In this document: positions 9,476 through 20,301 of the stretch, piece after piece
Layout: every line of letters starts with the position of its first letter
Position numbering within the stretch: position 1 is the first letter of the stretch
NCBI GenBank assembly: GCA_042408215.1
Contig: JAYFMW010000030.1
Coordinates: forward strand, 160,001-224,000
DNA from: Microcoleus sp.
Lineage (GTDB): Bacteria; Cyanobacteriota; Cyanobacteriia; Cyanobacteriales; Microcoleaceae
DNA: 64,000 nt
Direction of reading: 5' to 3'
Made by a program: the position numbers and the translations under genes
The notes under the pieces: model-generated
What the model was told of the DNA's origin: nothing
Database searches by the model: none
Seen by the model: only the letters and a program-made list of their open reading frames with translations

Positions 9476-10600
9476 ATGTCTGACACCCAACCCCTAACCA
9501 TCACCCTTCCCCCTTTGCGGATTACCCTGACAGAACAACAACAGGTTAATCTAGAATGGCTGACACAAAACCTACCAAATCTACTTACTCAAAGCAAAAA
9601 AGAAGTCCCCGACAACATGAAACAGTGGGTAGCAGCCAACAAACTATTAAATAAACCCGACGCAGAAATCATTCAAATCCTCATAAGTACCGGCATAGAT
9701 GCGGAAACAGCAACAGCAGAAGTTAGGGAAATATCATCTCACCCCTACTTCCAAGCAGGTACTCAGTACGTCCAGTTATTGCAGAAATTAGAATCGCAAC
9801 TTAGCATTAACAATCAATTAGCCTCCCTCTCTGCAAAATTCGGGACAATCGAACGGAAAAGCAGCCTGTCACGAGAGTATTTTTTAGAAAATTACTACGC
9901 CAAAAATACTCCGGTAATTATTACCAATATTATGCACAACTGGAAAGCATTGCAGTTGTGGACACCGGAGTATTTGCAGCAAACATATGGCGATGCAGAG
10001 GTGCAAATTCAAGCCAACCGCAACTCAGACCCGGACTACGAAATTAAGGTAGAAAATCACAAAAAAACTGTTTTGTTCCGCGAATATGTAGAGATGGTGG
10101 TCAACAGCGGCCCTAGCAATGATTACTACATGGTTGCTAACAACCAGACTCTGGAAAGAGAAGAATTTAAACCTCTATTCAACGACATTGAAATTTTTCC
10201 AGAATACCTAAATCCTACCGATACAAGTGGCAGAGTTTTCTTTTGGTTCGGCCCGAAAGGCACGATTACGCCACTACACCATGACCCAGTTAATTTAATT
10301 TTAGCTCAAGTTTCTGGTCGCAAACTAATTAAATTGATTTGTCCCCAGCAAACTCCTCTGCTTTATAATCATGTCGGGGTTTTTAGTAAGGTTGATGGCG
10401 AAAATCCCGACTATGAAAAGTATCCTCTTTACAGAGATGCGAAAATCATTGAAGTGATTTTGGAACCGGGAGAAGCTATCTTTATTCCTGTGGGTTGGTG
10501 GCACCATGTAAAATCATTAGAGGTGAGTATTTCAGTCTCGTTTACTAATTTTGTGTTTCCCAATTATTATGAATGGAAATATCCTCATATTAATTGGTAA
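9476..10600 (+). CDS. JmjC/cupin-8 domain 2OG-Fe(II) oxygenase
   Basis: FWFGPKGTITPLHHD...LEPGEAIFIPVGWWHHV (HxD...H triad). Confidence 0.88.
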   Translation: MSDTQPLTITLPPLRITLTEQQQVNLEWLTQNLPNLLTQSKKEVPDNMKQWVAANKLLNKPDAEIIQILISTGIDAETATAEVREISSHPYFQAGTQYVQLLQKLESQLSINNQLASLSAKFGTIERKSSLSREYFLENYYAKNTPVIITNIMHNWKALQLWTPEYLQQTYGDAEVQIQANRNSDPDYEIKVENHKKTVLFREYVEMVVNSGPSNDYYMVANNQTLEREEFKPLFNDIEIFPEYLNPTDTSGRVFFWFGPKGTITPLHHDPVNLILAQVSGRKLIKLICPQQTPLLYNHVGVFSKVDGENPDYEKYPLYRDAKIIEVILEPGEAIFIPVGWWHHVKSLEVSISVSFTNFVFPNYYEWKYPHINW

Positions 10601-10691
10601 TTGTTAATGTATGGTTCCCAATTATTGGTTGAGAATCATAAAAACATCCGCGTTAATCAGCGTTCATCTGCGGTTCAAAAAAAAGAAATTA

Positions 10692-11570
10692 ATGAAAAAC
10701 ATCGAAGAATTAAGCGAAATTTCGCGTTCAATAGCCGGTCGTGCAGCAGATATCCTACAATCCTATTATCGCCAGGATTCCAACACCCCTAACCTCGACA
10801 TCCAAGAGAAAAAAGATGGGCCCGTCACCGCCGCCGATGTCGCTGTCAATTCTTACATTCTCGACGAATTGCAATCGATTTTAGGCAATACAGAATTTGG
10901 CTATCTTAGTGAAGAAACTTACAAATCTTATTTAGCAACTAACGGTCAAATTCCCTTACCTCAAAGTTGGGTTTGGATTATTGACCCTTTGGATGGAACG
11001 CGGGATTTTATTGATAGGACAGGGGAATTTGCAGTTCACATTGCTTTAGCATACCAGGGAAGACCGGTATTGGCAGTTGTCGCTTGGCCGGAACAGCAAA
11101 AGATTTATTACGCGATGAAAGATGCTGGCGCTTTTGTCGAAAGTCGGGACGGTTCTGTGGTAAAATTGCAGGTATCTGGGTGTAATGTGGTGGCTGATTT
11201 ATCTATAGTAACTAGCCGCAGTCACCGGGACGATCGCTTTAATCAATTGTTACAAAAACTGCCTTGTCAGAATCAAATAGCTGTCGGTAGTATTGGCTGT
11301 AAAATTGCGACTATTGTGGAACAAAGGGCTGATGTTTATATTGCGCTTTCGGGGAAGTCTGCGCCTAAAGATTGGGATTTGGCGGCACCGGAGTTAATTT
11401 TGACGGAAGCGGGCGGTCAATTTACTCGTTTTGACGGTTATGCTTTGCAATATAACCGGGGAGATGTGAGTCAGTGGGGGGGATTGTTGGCGAGTAATGG
11501 TTGCTGTCACGGGGCTATTTGCAGGGAATCTGAGGACATTTTAGCAGGGATAGATGGGAGTTTTAAATAA
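10692..11570 (+). CDS. cysQ: 3'(2'),5'-bisphosphate nucleotidase CysQ / inositol monophosphatase family
   Basis: PVTAAD, LSEE, WIIDPLDGTRDF and WDLAA motifs. Confidence 0.85.
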   Translation: MKNIEELSEISRSIAGRAADILQSYYRQDSNTPNLDIQEKKDGPVTAADVAVNSYILDELQSILGNTEFGYLSEETYKSYLATNGQIPLPQSWVWIIDPLDGTRDFIDRTGEFAVHIALAYQGRPVLAVVAWPEQQKIYYAMKDAGAFVESRDGSVVKLQVSGCNVVADLSIVTSRSHRDDRFNQLLQKLPCQNQIAVGSIGCKIATIVEQRADVYIALSGKSAPKDWDLAAPELILTEAGGQFTRFDGYALQYNRGDVSQWGGLLASNGCCHGAICRESEDILAGIDGSFK

Positions 11571-11620
11571 GTTTTAAATAAGTACGATCGCCCTTAAATA
11601 ATTTGGTCTAAACTTACGCA

Positions 11621-11960
11621 TCAAAAGCAAAGAAACCGGGTTTTTTCCTGTTTCTGCGGGCTGTAACAAAGTATTCTCGCAAAAAACCCGGTTTCTAACT
11701 ACCCGTCAAAAGCAAAGAAACCGGGTTTTTTCCTGTTTCTGCGGGCTGTAACAAAGTATTCTCGCAAAAAACCCGGTTTCTAACTACCCGTCAAAAGCAA
11801 AGAAACCGGGTTTTTTCCTGTTTCTGCGGGCTGTAACAAAGTATTCTCGCAAAAAACCCGGTTTCTAACTACCCGTCAAAAGCAAAGAAACCGGGTTTTT
11901 TCCTGTTTCTGCGGGCTGTAACAAAGTATTCTCGCAAAAAACCCGGTTTCTGACCACCCG
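11621..11960. repeat. 85-bp tandem repeat x4, each unit with internal inverted repeat AGAAACCGGGTTTTTT / AAAAAACCCGGTTTCT
   Basis: Units start at 11621, 11706, 11791, 11876. Confidence 0.95.
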
Positions 11961-12265
11961 ATAAACCAGCCCCGATCGCAGATATGTATCAAAAATCACG
12001 AGCTGAATATTTCAGTATAATTACACTGGCGATTTTTGTTTTGTTTGTGTTAAGCTATCAACCTCGCGGTCGTGGCTCCGTAATATTACTTAATTTTTTT
12101 CCGCATCTTTATCAAAACTTTAATTAAATAGGTATTTTTAAGTAAGAATTTACAGATCTTCTCTGAAAAAGCTGTTATGGTTGTTACAACCTTCAGAAAG
12201 ATTTCGGATGCAAGTCGCGAAACAGGGAAATCATTGTCTTTTTTTTATATTTGAGTAGGTGTATT

Positions 12266-15200
12266 ATGCCAAATTTAAATACTCAAGTTTCTGGAAGTGC
12301 GATCGCCTTTATCGACAGTCAAGTTAAAGATTATCAAAGTTTGATGGCCGGGGTAAAAACGGGTACGGAAGTAGTCGTTTTGGATGGGAACCGGGATGCG
12401 ATCGCACAAATTACTGAAGTTTTAGGTCTTCGTAGCAATATTGACAGCATTCACATAGTTTCTCACGGTGCTCCGGGCAGCTTGCAATTAGGAAATGGTT
12501 GCTTGAGTGCAGGTAATTTGGAAGCTTATGCCGAGAAATTGCAGCAGTGGCGAAGTGCTTTAAATTTGGGTGCTGACATTCTGATTTACGGTTGCAATGT
12601 CGCATCAACCTCTTACCCGAAAGTCCGTCAGGGGTTGAAACCCCTGGCTCAAAGCGAAAGTCGGTTGAAACCGACTGAAAACAACCTGATTAAACAGTCC
12701 TCTTTAGAGGAATTTAGCTATGAGACGGGGGTTTCAACCCCCGGCGGAACCGATGAATACGCCATAGATGATAAACGGGCGATCGATATCAATGGTTTCG
12801 CCTTCATCCAGCGCATCGCCCACCTCACAAATACCAATGTTGCGGCTTCCAAAAACCTCACGGGAAGTGTAGCAAAGGGTGGGGACTGGGAACTGGAAGT
12901 GAGAACCGGAAAAATAGAAACACCGCTGGTATTTGAACCCGAAGTATTGGCGAATTACGAGTACGTTTTGAATACTTTTGGTGCGGCCACAAATTTTGGC
13001 GTAGGTACAAATCCGAAAGGTATTAATGTAGGTCTTTTCAACGCTGATACCTTCCCAGACTTGGTAGTAACAAACCAGGGTAACAACAACATTTCAATTT
13101 TGTTAGGGAATGGCACAGGGGGTTTTGGGACGGCTACCAACTTTGCGGTGGGTTCAAGTCCGCTTTTCGTCACATCGGGATTGTTTAACAGCGATAATTT
13201 CCCCGACTTAGCAGTAGTAAATAGTAATAATATCTCAATTCTGTTAGGAAATGGCACTGGTGGCTTCGGTGTAGCTAGCAATTTTAATGTGGGTAACACT
13301 CCCATTTCAATAGCTGTCGGGAACTTTAACCGCGACACTTTCCTCGATTTAGCAGTGGTAAACGCTAACCCTGAAGGTACTGGCAGCATCTCAATTTTGT
13401 TGGGAACAGGTACTGGCAGTTTTGGCACTGCTACTAATTTCAATGTTGGTTCGATTCCTACTGCCGTTGTGGTAGGCAATTTTAACGCTGACAGTTTCCT
13501 CGACTTAGCCGTTGCCAACAGCCTCTCTAATAATGTCTCAATTCTGTTAGGAAATGGCACGGGCGGATTTGGTGCAGCTACTAATTTTGGGGCTGGGACA
13601 AATCCCAATTCGATCGCCACTGGGGACTTTAACGGAGACAATTACCTCGACTTGGCCACCGCTAACAACGGTTCTAACAATGTCTCAATTCTATTGGGAA
13701 ATGGCGCGGGCGGCTTTGGCGCGCCCACTAATTTTAGCACGGGGACAGGACTCTCCGGCATTGTTGCGAAAGACTTTAACGGAGATGACAGACTTGACTT
13801 AGCAGTAGGAAGCACCAGCGGCGCTGCAATTTTAGTGGGCAACGGCAATGGCGGTTTTAGTGCACTCATTAACTTTGCTGCGGGGACAAATCCAACTTCC
13901 ATTATTGCCGACAACTTTAATACTGATACTCTCCCAGATTTGGCAGTAGCTAACAACGGTTCAGGTAATGTTTCGGTGCTGCTAAATACACCCAATATAG
14001 TCAATTTCGATGCAGCCACCTACAGCGGTACTGAAGGAAATGTAGACACAGTGGTTAATATTCCCGTCACCATCAGCAACGGTACTCCCGATCGCAATGT
14101 AATTGTGCCGATCGCCATTAACCCCAGTAGCACAGCCACCCAAAATTCAGACTACACCATTTCCCCTACCTCGATTACATTCCCCGCAGGTGCAACAGGT
14201 GCCGCACTCACCAAGAATGTTGCAGTTACTATCAAACCCGATAACATAGCTGAAAACGCCGAAACCGCAATTCTCAATTTTGGCACAATTACCGGTGGCG
14301 TTGCCGGTACAACAAAACAAACAACATTAACTATTGCTGCCAACGGTACTGTTTCTTATGCCATTGTTGCCGATACAGCCAGCATTCCCGAAGGCAATAG
14401 CGACACAACTCCTCTAACTTTTACTGTGACTCGCAGCGGCGACACTGGCGGGCCCAGTAGCGTAAATTATGCGATCGCCGGAACTGCTACCAACGTGAGC
14501 GATTACAACAACATCGGTGGCACTTCTGGTGCAACTACTGCTACTGGTACGATTAATTTTACAGCCGGTGAAACATCGAGAACTATTACTCTCAATGTGT
14601 TAGGCGACACCATAGTTGAACCCAATGAAACTATTGCCGTCACCCTGTCAAATCCCACAGGCTCAGGGGTAACACCGACAATTACCACTGCTACCGCTAC
14701 CACAACTATTACTAATGATGACCAAGCCGGCTTTACGGTTAGTCTAAAAGCAATATCAACTACCGAAGCTGGCGGCAAGGCAGATTTCACAGTCCAACTC
14801 AAGTCTGAACCAACTGCTAACGTTACTTTCGGCTTGAGTAGTTCCAATACAGCGGAGGGAACTGTTTCGACTAATAGCTTAACTTTCACTCCCGCTAACT
14901 ACAATCAACCGCAAACAGTAACGGTGACTGGTGTTGACGATTTGGTAGCTGATGGCGATCGAGTTTATAAAATTGTCACGGCTGCTGCTGTGAGCACAGA
15001 TGCTAATTACAATAACCTCAATCCTGATGATGTCACCGTCACCAACAGTGACAATGAAACTCCGGGAATTACGGTGAATGTGAAGGCGGGCTTAACTACG
15101 GTTGAAGATGGCAGTCAGGCTAACTTTGCTGTGGTTTTGAATACTAAACCAACTGCTAATGTGACTATTGGTTTGAACAGTGACAATGTTAAGGAAGGAA

Positions 15201-17191
15201 CTGTTTCGACTAATAGTTTAACTTTCACTCCTGCTAACTGGAATACACCTCAACAGGTGACAGTAACAGGGGTTGACGATAGCATTATTGACGGCGATAT
15301 TGACTACAAAGTTGTCACGGCGGCTGCTGTTAGTACAGATGCGAATTACAGCAATCGAGATGTAGCGGATGTTAGTATTAGCAATCAGGACAATGATACG
15401 GCTGGTATTTCTGCTAGTCCTACCGAAACGAAAGCTACAGAAGGCGGGGCGAATGGCAGTTATGGCATCAAATTAACGTCGCAGCCGATCGCCCCGGTGA
15501 CAGTCAATCTCACAACAGGTAATCAGATTCAGGCGATCGCCCCTCTGACTTTCACCCCGAATAATTGGAGTGTCGCTCAAACCGTTACGGTGAAAGCGGT
15601 TGATGATACGCTTGTGGAAGGGGCGCACAGCATTAGTATAGCTCACAATGTGAGCAGTAGTGATGCTAAGTATAACGAGATTGTGGTTCCAGGGGTGACA
15701 GTGGCGATCGTGGATAACGACACTGCACCAACACCGCCGACACCAACACCGACACCGACACCAGTCACACCGACACCAGTCACACCGACACCGACACCAG
15801 TCACGCCGACACCAATACCAGTCACGCCGACACCGACACCAGTCACGCCGACACCGACACCAGTCACGCCGACACCGACACCAGTCACGCCGACACCGAC
15901 ACCAGTCACGCCGACACCAGTCACGCCGACACCGACACCAGTCACCGCACCCCCCGATTCCACAGTTGTCACCATCCTAACCAGCTTAGTCGCCGACTTA
16001 ATCGACAAAGGAATTGCACCCGAATCAGCCCAATCTTTAGTCAAAGCCGCCCTTTCCCTCCCCGCTGAAGTAGACCTGACTAGCTTAGACCCCATCAAGG
16101 CCACCAACAACAACCAACCGGGCGGAGTCCAAGTCTTAGCCACAACAGTGAAAGTCCAAAACTTCATCACTCAAACTAGCGCTTTGATTGACGGTGCTTC
16201 CAGTGCAGCCAATACCGATATTGTCAAGGCTGTTGTCAGTTCAATTACGAATCCAATTCAATCCGGCACTGTTTTAAACCTCAGCAATGCAGCAGATTTA
16301 GAACCAATAATTCAGCAAGCAGCAGCTAAAATCCAGCAGATAGACCCCAGTTTCAACAGTCAAAAAATCACCCAAATTACCTCGCAAGCTGCGACAGTAA
16401 TGGCCACAGCAAATCAACGTATTGATAGCGCTGTCTCCAGCACAACAGCAACATCAATTCCTGAAGCATTTGCCAGTGTCCAACAAGTAGCATTGGGTCC
16501 AACAACTCAAGATTTCAAAGCTATTGGTGCGGGAACTAAGACAATTTCCCAGGTAGTTGCTGACAATACTGGTACTGCTTTAGATAGCAGAATTCAAGCA
16601 GTGATATTGCCTTTTGGGATTGCGGCTCCTCTTGTCATCGGCGATACTGATTTTGGCAGCAATTCCCCGAATCAAATTATCGGTACAAATGGCGATGATA
16701 TCCTGACTGGCGACAGCGGAAATGATGATTTGATGGGCATGAGGGGCAATGATTCCCTCGACGGCGGTATTGGGAATGACAGTCTTTTCGGCGGGAAAGG
16801 TAGCGATACTTTGCTCGGAAGTAGCGGTGATGATGCCTTGTTTGGCGGCCGCGGTGCTGACATTTTGAAGGGCGGTAATGGCAATGATATTCTTTACGGA
16901 GGTAAGGGTGATGATTTGCTGATTGGTGGTTTGGGAAATGATAGTTTGATAGGAGGAATGGGATTAGATAAATTCTTGCTTTCCACTAATTCCGGTACTG
17001 ATACAATCGCTGACTTTGAAGTCGGTAAAGACTTGTTAGTATTGGGTAACGGGCTGAGTTTATCGCAATTAGCAATTGCTCAAGATAGCGGTGCAACTTT
17101 AATCCGGTTTGCACAAACTGGGGAAATTTTAGCCTCTCTCAGCGGAGTTTCTGCTAGCAGTATTAGCGCTGGGAATTTCGGATTGATTTGA
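12266..17191 (+). CDS. Large secreted adhesin-like protein: DUF4347, FG-GAP repeats, Calx-beta-like domains, Pro-Thr linker, RTX Ca-binding repeats
   Basis: IHIVSHG..GSL and DILIYGCNVA (DUF4347); repeated FNxDxxxDLAV; (PT/PVT)n linker; GGxGxDxL repeats at the C-terminus (type I secretion substrate). Confidence 0.88.
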   Translation: MPNLNTQVSGSAIAFIDSQVKDYQSLMAGVKTGTEVVVLDGNRDAIAQITEVLGLRSNIDSIHIVSHGAPGSLQLGNGCLSAGNLEAYAEKLQQWRSALNLGADILIYGCNVASTSYPKVRQGLKPLAQSESRLKPTENNLIKQSSLEEFSYETGVSTPGGTDEYAIDDKRAIDINGFAFIQRIAHLTNTNVAASKNLTGSVAKGGDWELEVRTGKIETPLVFEPEVLANYEYVLNTFGAATNFGVGTNPKGINVGLFNADTFPDLVVTNQGNNNISILLGNGTGGFGTATNFAVGSSPLFVTSGLFNSDNFPDLAVVNSNNISILLGNGTGGFGVASNFNVGNTPISIAVGNFNRDTFLDLAVVNANPEGTGSISILLGTGTGSFGTATNFNVGSIPTAVVVGNFNADSFLDLAVANSLSNNVSILLGNGTGGFGAATNFGAGTNPNSIATGDFNGDNYLDLATANNGSNNVSILLGNGAGGFGAPTNFSTGTGLSGIVAKDFNGDDRLDLAVGSTSGAAILVGNGNGGFSALINFAAGTNPTSIIADNFNTDTLPDLAVANNGSGNVSVLLNTPNIVNFDAATYSGTEGNVDTVVNIPVTISNGTPDRNVIVPIAINPSSTATQNSDYTISPTSITFPAGATGAALTKNVAVTIKPDNIAENAETAILNFGTITGGVAGTTKQTTLTIAANGTVSYAIVADTASIPEGNSDTTPLTFTVTRSGDTGGPSSVNYAIAGTATNVSDYNNIGGTSGATTATGTINFTAGETSRTITLNVLGDTIVEPNETIAVTLSNPTGSGVTPTITTATATTTITNDDQAGFTVSLKAISTTEAGGKADFTVQLKSEPTANVTFGLSSSNTAEGTVSTNSLTFTPANYNQPQTVTVTGVDDLVADGDRVYKIVTAAAVSTDANYNNLNPDDVTVTNSDNETPGITVNVKAGLTTVEDGSQANFAVVLNTKPTANVTIGLNSDNVKEGTVSTNSLTFTPANWNTPQQVTVTGVDDSIIDGDIDYKVVTAAAVSTDANYSNRDVADVSISNQDNDTAGISASPTETKATEGGANGSYGIKLTSQPIAPVTVNLTTGNQIQAIAPLTFTPNNWSVAQTVTVKAVDDTLVEGAHSISIAHNVSSSDAKYNEIVVPGVTVAIVDNDTAPTPPTPTPTPTPVTPTPVTPTPTPVTPTPIPVTPTPTPVTPTPTPVTPTPTPVTPTPTPVTPTPVTPTPTPVTAPPDSTVVTILTSLVADLIDKGIAPESAQSLVKAALSLPAEVDLTSLDPIKATNNNQPGGVQVLATTVKVQNFITQTSALIDGASSAANTDIVKAVVSSITNPIQSGTVLNLSNAADLEPIIQQAAAKIQQIDPSFNSQKITQITSQAATVMATANQRIDSAVSSTTATSIPEAFASVQQVALGPTTQDFKAIGAGTKTISQVVADNTGTALDSRIQAVILPFGIAAPLVIGDTDFGSNSPNQIIGTNGDDILTGDSGNDDLMGMRGNDSLDGGIGNDSLFGGKGSDTLLGSSGDDALFGGRGADILKGGNGNDILYGGKGDDLLIGGLGNDSLIGGMGLDKFLLSTNSGTDTIADFEVGKDLLVLGNGLSLSQLAIAQDSGATLIRFAQTGEILASLSGVSASSISAGNFGLI
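12624..12748. repeat. REP/MITE-like palindromic element inserted in frame in the DUF4347 domain
   Basis: Terminal inverted repeats TCCGTCAGGGGTTGAAACCCC / GGGGTTTCAACCCCCGGCGGA; internal hairpin AGTCGGTTGAAACCGACT. Confidence 0.8.
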
Positions 17192-17441
17192 GATTGATTT
17201 GGATTCAAGCACTTGTTCTAATAGTCCGCATGACCCCCCTAACCCCCCTTATGTCGGGTGGGACAAGAGCATTCTTTCGTCCCCCTTCTTAAGGGTGATT
17301 TAGGGGGATCGAGACTTAAACAACAATCAGAAATACTGAGTCCTCTCTTCAATCCGCGCCGGCGGATTTTGTTTTTGTAGACGCGGTTTCAACCGCCGAA
17401 TAATCAAGGGGATAAAACCAGATTTAACCTAACCTTTCAAA

Positions 17442-18593
17442 TCAGCACCGCTGATATCGCATTCCCGGTAACTGCGAAACTAATCCCAATAATTCCAGTT
17501 GCAAAAGTATACTAGAAACTGTTCCCGCTGCTAATCCCGATACTTCCACAATTACATCAAAAGAATTCGGCCCAGATTCGATCGCACTTAACACCTTAGC
17601 CCATTCCGGCGGCAGTGGTGGCACTTGCTTTTCAACCGTCGGATTTGGTGGAAACAGCGACAACTGCTCGGCTGTGTCCAATTTTGGCATAGCTCCGAGC
17701 ATTTCCAACAACCGCTCTTCACTCAAAAGTCGATCGCTACTCGGCAGAATCGGATGAGCACCTTTACTCAGTAATTCCAAACAACCAAAGGAACGCTCAT
17801 CATCCAATCTGGCCGTCAAAACATACACATCGCGGCAAAAATCATTCGCTTGATAAGCAGTAATTAAAGCACCAGATTTCTGGGGAGCTTCTATCACTAT
17901 TGTAGCACGACTTAAGCCAGCAATTATGCGATTTCTGCGGGGAAAATTAGTTTTATTTGGTTGAGTGCCGGCCGGATATTCGCTAATTGCCAATCCCTGT
18001 TGCAAAATGCGATCGCACAACCGCTCATTTTGTTGAGGATATACAATATCTACTCCCGTCCCCATGACTGCGAAAGTCCTTCCTCCCGCCTCCAAACAGC
18101 CTGTATGGGCTTCTGTATCAATGCCATTCGCCAATCCCGAAACCACAGTAAAACCGCTTTTAGCCAAAGCCATACTAATTTTGCGAGTCCACCTTCTGCC
18201 GTATTCCGTAGGGCTACGAGTGCCAACCATTGCCACTGTCGGCGTAATTCCTTGATTCTCTTTTCTGTCAACATTACCACGATAATACAACACTGGTGGC
18301 GGACTAGGAATCTCCAATAATAAGCGGGGATAATCTGGATCTGCCGGTGTCCAGAAATAGGGATTTTTAATTAGATGTTTTTGAATAAATTGTTCAGGAT
18401 TAATTTTTTCTCGTGCTTGCAATGTTGTTTCAACTGTCTGCTTACCAAACCCATCAACTTGCGCTAAATCTCCAGCTTTTGCCGTCCAAGCCTCTGCCAA
18501 AGTATCGAAATGTTGTTGCAATCTTTGCAGTAAAATCGGCCCGATACCGTTAATCTGCGACCATGCTAACCAGTAAGCGCGTTCTTCTAGCAA
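17442..18593 (-). CDS. dprA: DNA-processing protein DprA
   Basis: VGTRSPT, VVSGLANGIDTEAH, FPRRNRIIAGLS and SGALIT motifs. Confidence 0.95.
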   Translation of the reverse strand: MLEERAYWLAWSQINGIGPILLQRLQQHFDTLAEAWTAKAGDLAQVDGFGKQTVETTLQAREKINPEQFIQKHLIKNPYFWTPADPDYPRLLLEIPSPPPVLYYRGNVDRKENQGITPTVAMVGTRSPTEYGRRWTRKISMALAKSGFTVVSGLANGIDTEAHTGCLEAGGRTFAVMGTGVDIVYPQQNERLCDRILQQGLAISEYPAGTQPNKTNFPRRNRIIAGLSRATIVIEAPQKSGALITAYQANDFCRDVYVLTARLDDERSFGCLELLSKGAHPILPSSDRLLSEERLLEMLGAMPKLDTAEQLSLFPPNPTVEKQVPPLPPEWAKVLSAIESGPNSFDVIVEVSGLAAGTVSSILLQLELLGLVSQLPGMRYQRC

Positions 18594-18763
18594 TGTGCCC
18601 TCCTGAGAATAATTTGATCTTTTTGGGTTGGATATAGTAGGAAAACGGCAATGCTGTGTCTTGTATTTCCACAGATTGAAAACTGCTATCTAGATTTTTT
18701 TTGACGAACCGCGAAGGCGCGAAGAACGCGAAGGGAATTAAGAGAAAGGTTAACAAATACTGG

Positions 18764-19417
18764 CTAAGTTTCCCAATCGACAAAACGGGCATAAATATAA
18801 GCAATGATTTCTCCTGTTACTGTCCGAAAACCTTCACTCGATTTCCACCATTCTTGGGGATTGTAATCTTGCGGTTCCGCGGCTATTATCCCAACTTTAA
18901 TTTCAGGATTCAGCACTTCTTTAAAGACGATCCAACTTCTGCGGGCGTGAGCTCCAAAAGAATAAAGATTAATTGAGTTAACTTTTAAACTGGAAGTAGA
19001 AAGCCAATCTCGAAGTGCGATCGCAGAAGCAGCGGTTCGGTGTTTTACAACACTGGCGGCTGGTACAGCTACGAGTTTATCTCGATCGAATCCTAGCACG
19101 ATACAAGTAGCGGCTGCCAGTTCCGCATAGTTTTTATATTTAGCTAAATAGTAGCCTTTACTTAAGGGCAGTCCTGTGGTAACTAATTGGCTATATCCAC
19201 CTTTTTTAAATTCGGCGATCGCACTTTCTATTGCATAATCCGGCAACCATCCTTCGACTACTAATATATCAGCTTTTATCGGTGATGTCACCGCCAAAAA
19301 AGGATGAATATTTGTGAACATTAAAAGCATTATAATTATCAACCCCAGGATAGCAATTACCCAACCTTCCCTAGTAATTGCCCACATTTCTCGACGACGG
19401 ATTAAACGAATTCTCAT
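18764..19417 (-). CDS. YdcF/DUF218 (ElyC/SanA-like) family protein
   Basis: N-terminal TM segment, VVEGWLPDY, HARRS, EIIAYIY. The longer ORF-track start runs through an STRR tract. Confidence 0.7.
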   Translation of the reverse strand: MRIRLIRRREMWAITREGWVIAILGLIIIMLLMFTNIHPFLAVTSPIKADILVVEGWLPDYAIESAIAEFKKGGYSQLVTTGLPLSKGYYLAKYKNYAELAAATCIVLGFDRDKLVAVPAASVVKHRTAASAIALRDWLSTSSLKVNSINLYSFGAHARRSWIVFKEVLNPEIKVGIIAAEPQDYNPQEWWKSSEGFRTVTGEIIAYIYARFVDWET

Positions 19418-19572
19418 TTTAACTTTTCTAGATATCGTTCGGAGGTAGAGGCAGAGTGACAAAGTGGGGAAGAGAGGAAGAGTGGGAGAGTGGAAGAGTG
19501 GGAGAGTGAGAAACAGAGAAAATTCCCAATTCCCAATTCCCAATTCCCCATTCCCCATTCCCCATTCCCAAA

Positions 19573-20220
19573 TTATTGGTTTTTCAGATACTCAAAAACG
19601 CTTTTGTCGCCGATATCTTGCGGAATTGCTTGAAAAAACTTCCGCACAGCAAATATTATAAACAAAGCCGCCCAAACTCCCAGCAAAAACTGTTCCTTAT
19701 CCGGGGACAAAAAACCGAAAATATGCCCTAAAATTAATAAAGGAACTGCGGGAGTCAAAAACTTAGTTTCTAGGCGATTGAAGCAGAAAGCTTCTTTGAA
19801 ATAAATGCCGTTTAAGGCGGCAAAAGTAAAGCCGATTCCCCACAAGGTGGCCGGGCGATCGTAAACTGCTAAAGCTAGGGGCTCACTGCTTTGTAGAGCG
19901 ACAACAATTGCTGCTACACCGCCGATCGCCCAAAATAACTGTAGCACCTTGTGCAAGGCAGTCATGTAAATATGAATAGTTGCTAAGCTGACGCCTAAAG
20001 CGAGCCAGAAACAGGCAAAAATAGGCGTTACAGCTTGCAGTGCCGTTGGGTTGTTTCCCTGTTGCAGCACCAGAGTAGTGCCGATCGCGAAACAGAGTGC
20101 CGCCACCGCTAACCCTGTGCGGTATACTATCACTCCTGTGCGATCGCTATCCGTAATCGTAAATTCGCCAAACTGTCCTTGATAGACTTCCAATTCAGGG
20201 GATTTTAGTAGTTGCGTCAC
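19573..20220 (-). CDS. DUF2301 integral membrane protein
   Basis: GQFGEFTI..DR, IHIY, KEAFCF and DIGDKSVF motifs typical of this cyanobacterial family. Confidence 0.8.
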   Translation of the reverse strand: MTQLLKSPELEVYQGQFGEFTITDSDRTGVIVYRTGLAVAALCFAIGTTLVLQQGNNPTALQAVTPIFACFWLALGVSLATIHIYMTALHKVLQLFWAIGGVAAIVVALQSSEPLALAVYDRPATLWGIGFTFAALNGIYFKEAFCFNRLETKFLTPAVPLLILGHIFGFLSPDKEQFLLGVWAALFIIFAVRKFFQAIPQDIGDKSVFEYLKNQ

Positions 20221-20301
20221 AGTTGTCTCCTATGTATCAGACACGAATGTACTTCTGTCAAGATATACTTGATAGATCAACCCGTAAAGCGAGATAAAGT
20301 T

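Noticed and set aside
11621..11960. 85-bp repeats as a second CRISPR array
   Set aside because: Units are identical along their length, with no unique spacers.
12955..16884. Long antisense ORFs within the adhesin and other genes
   Set aside because: Shadow frames of repetitive, codon-biased coding sequence.
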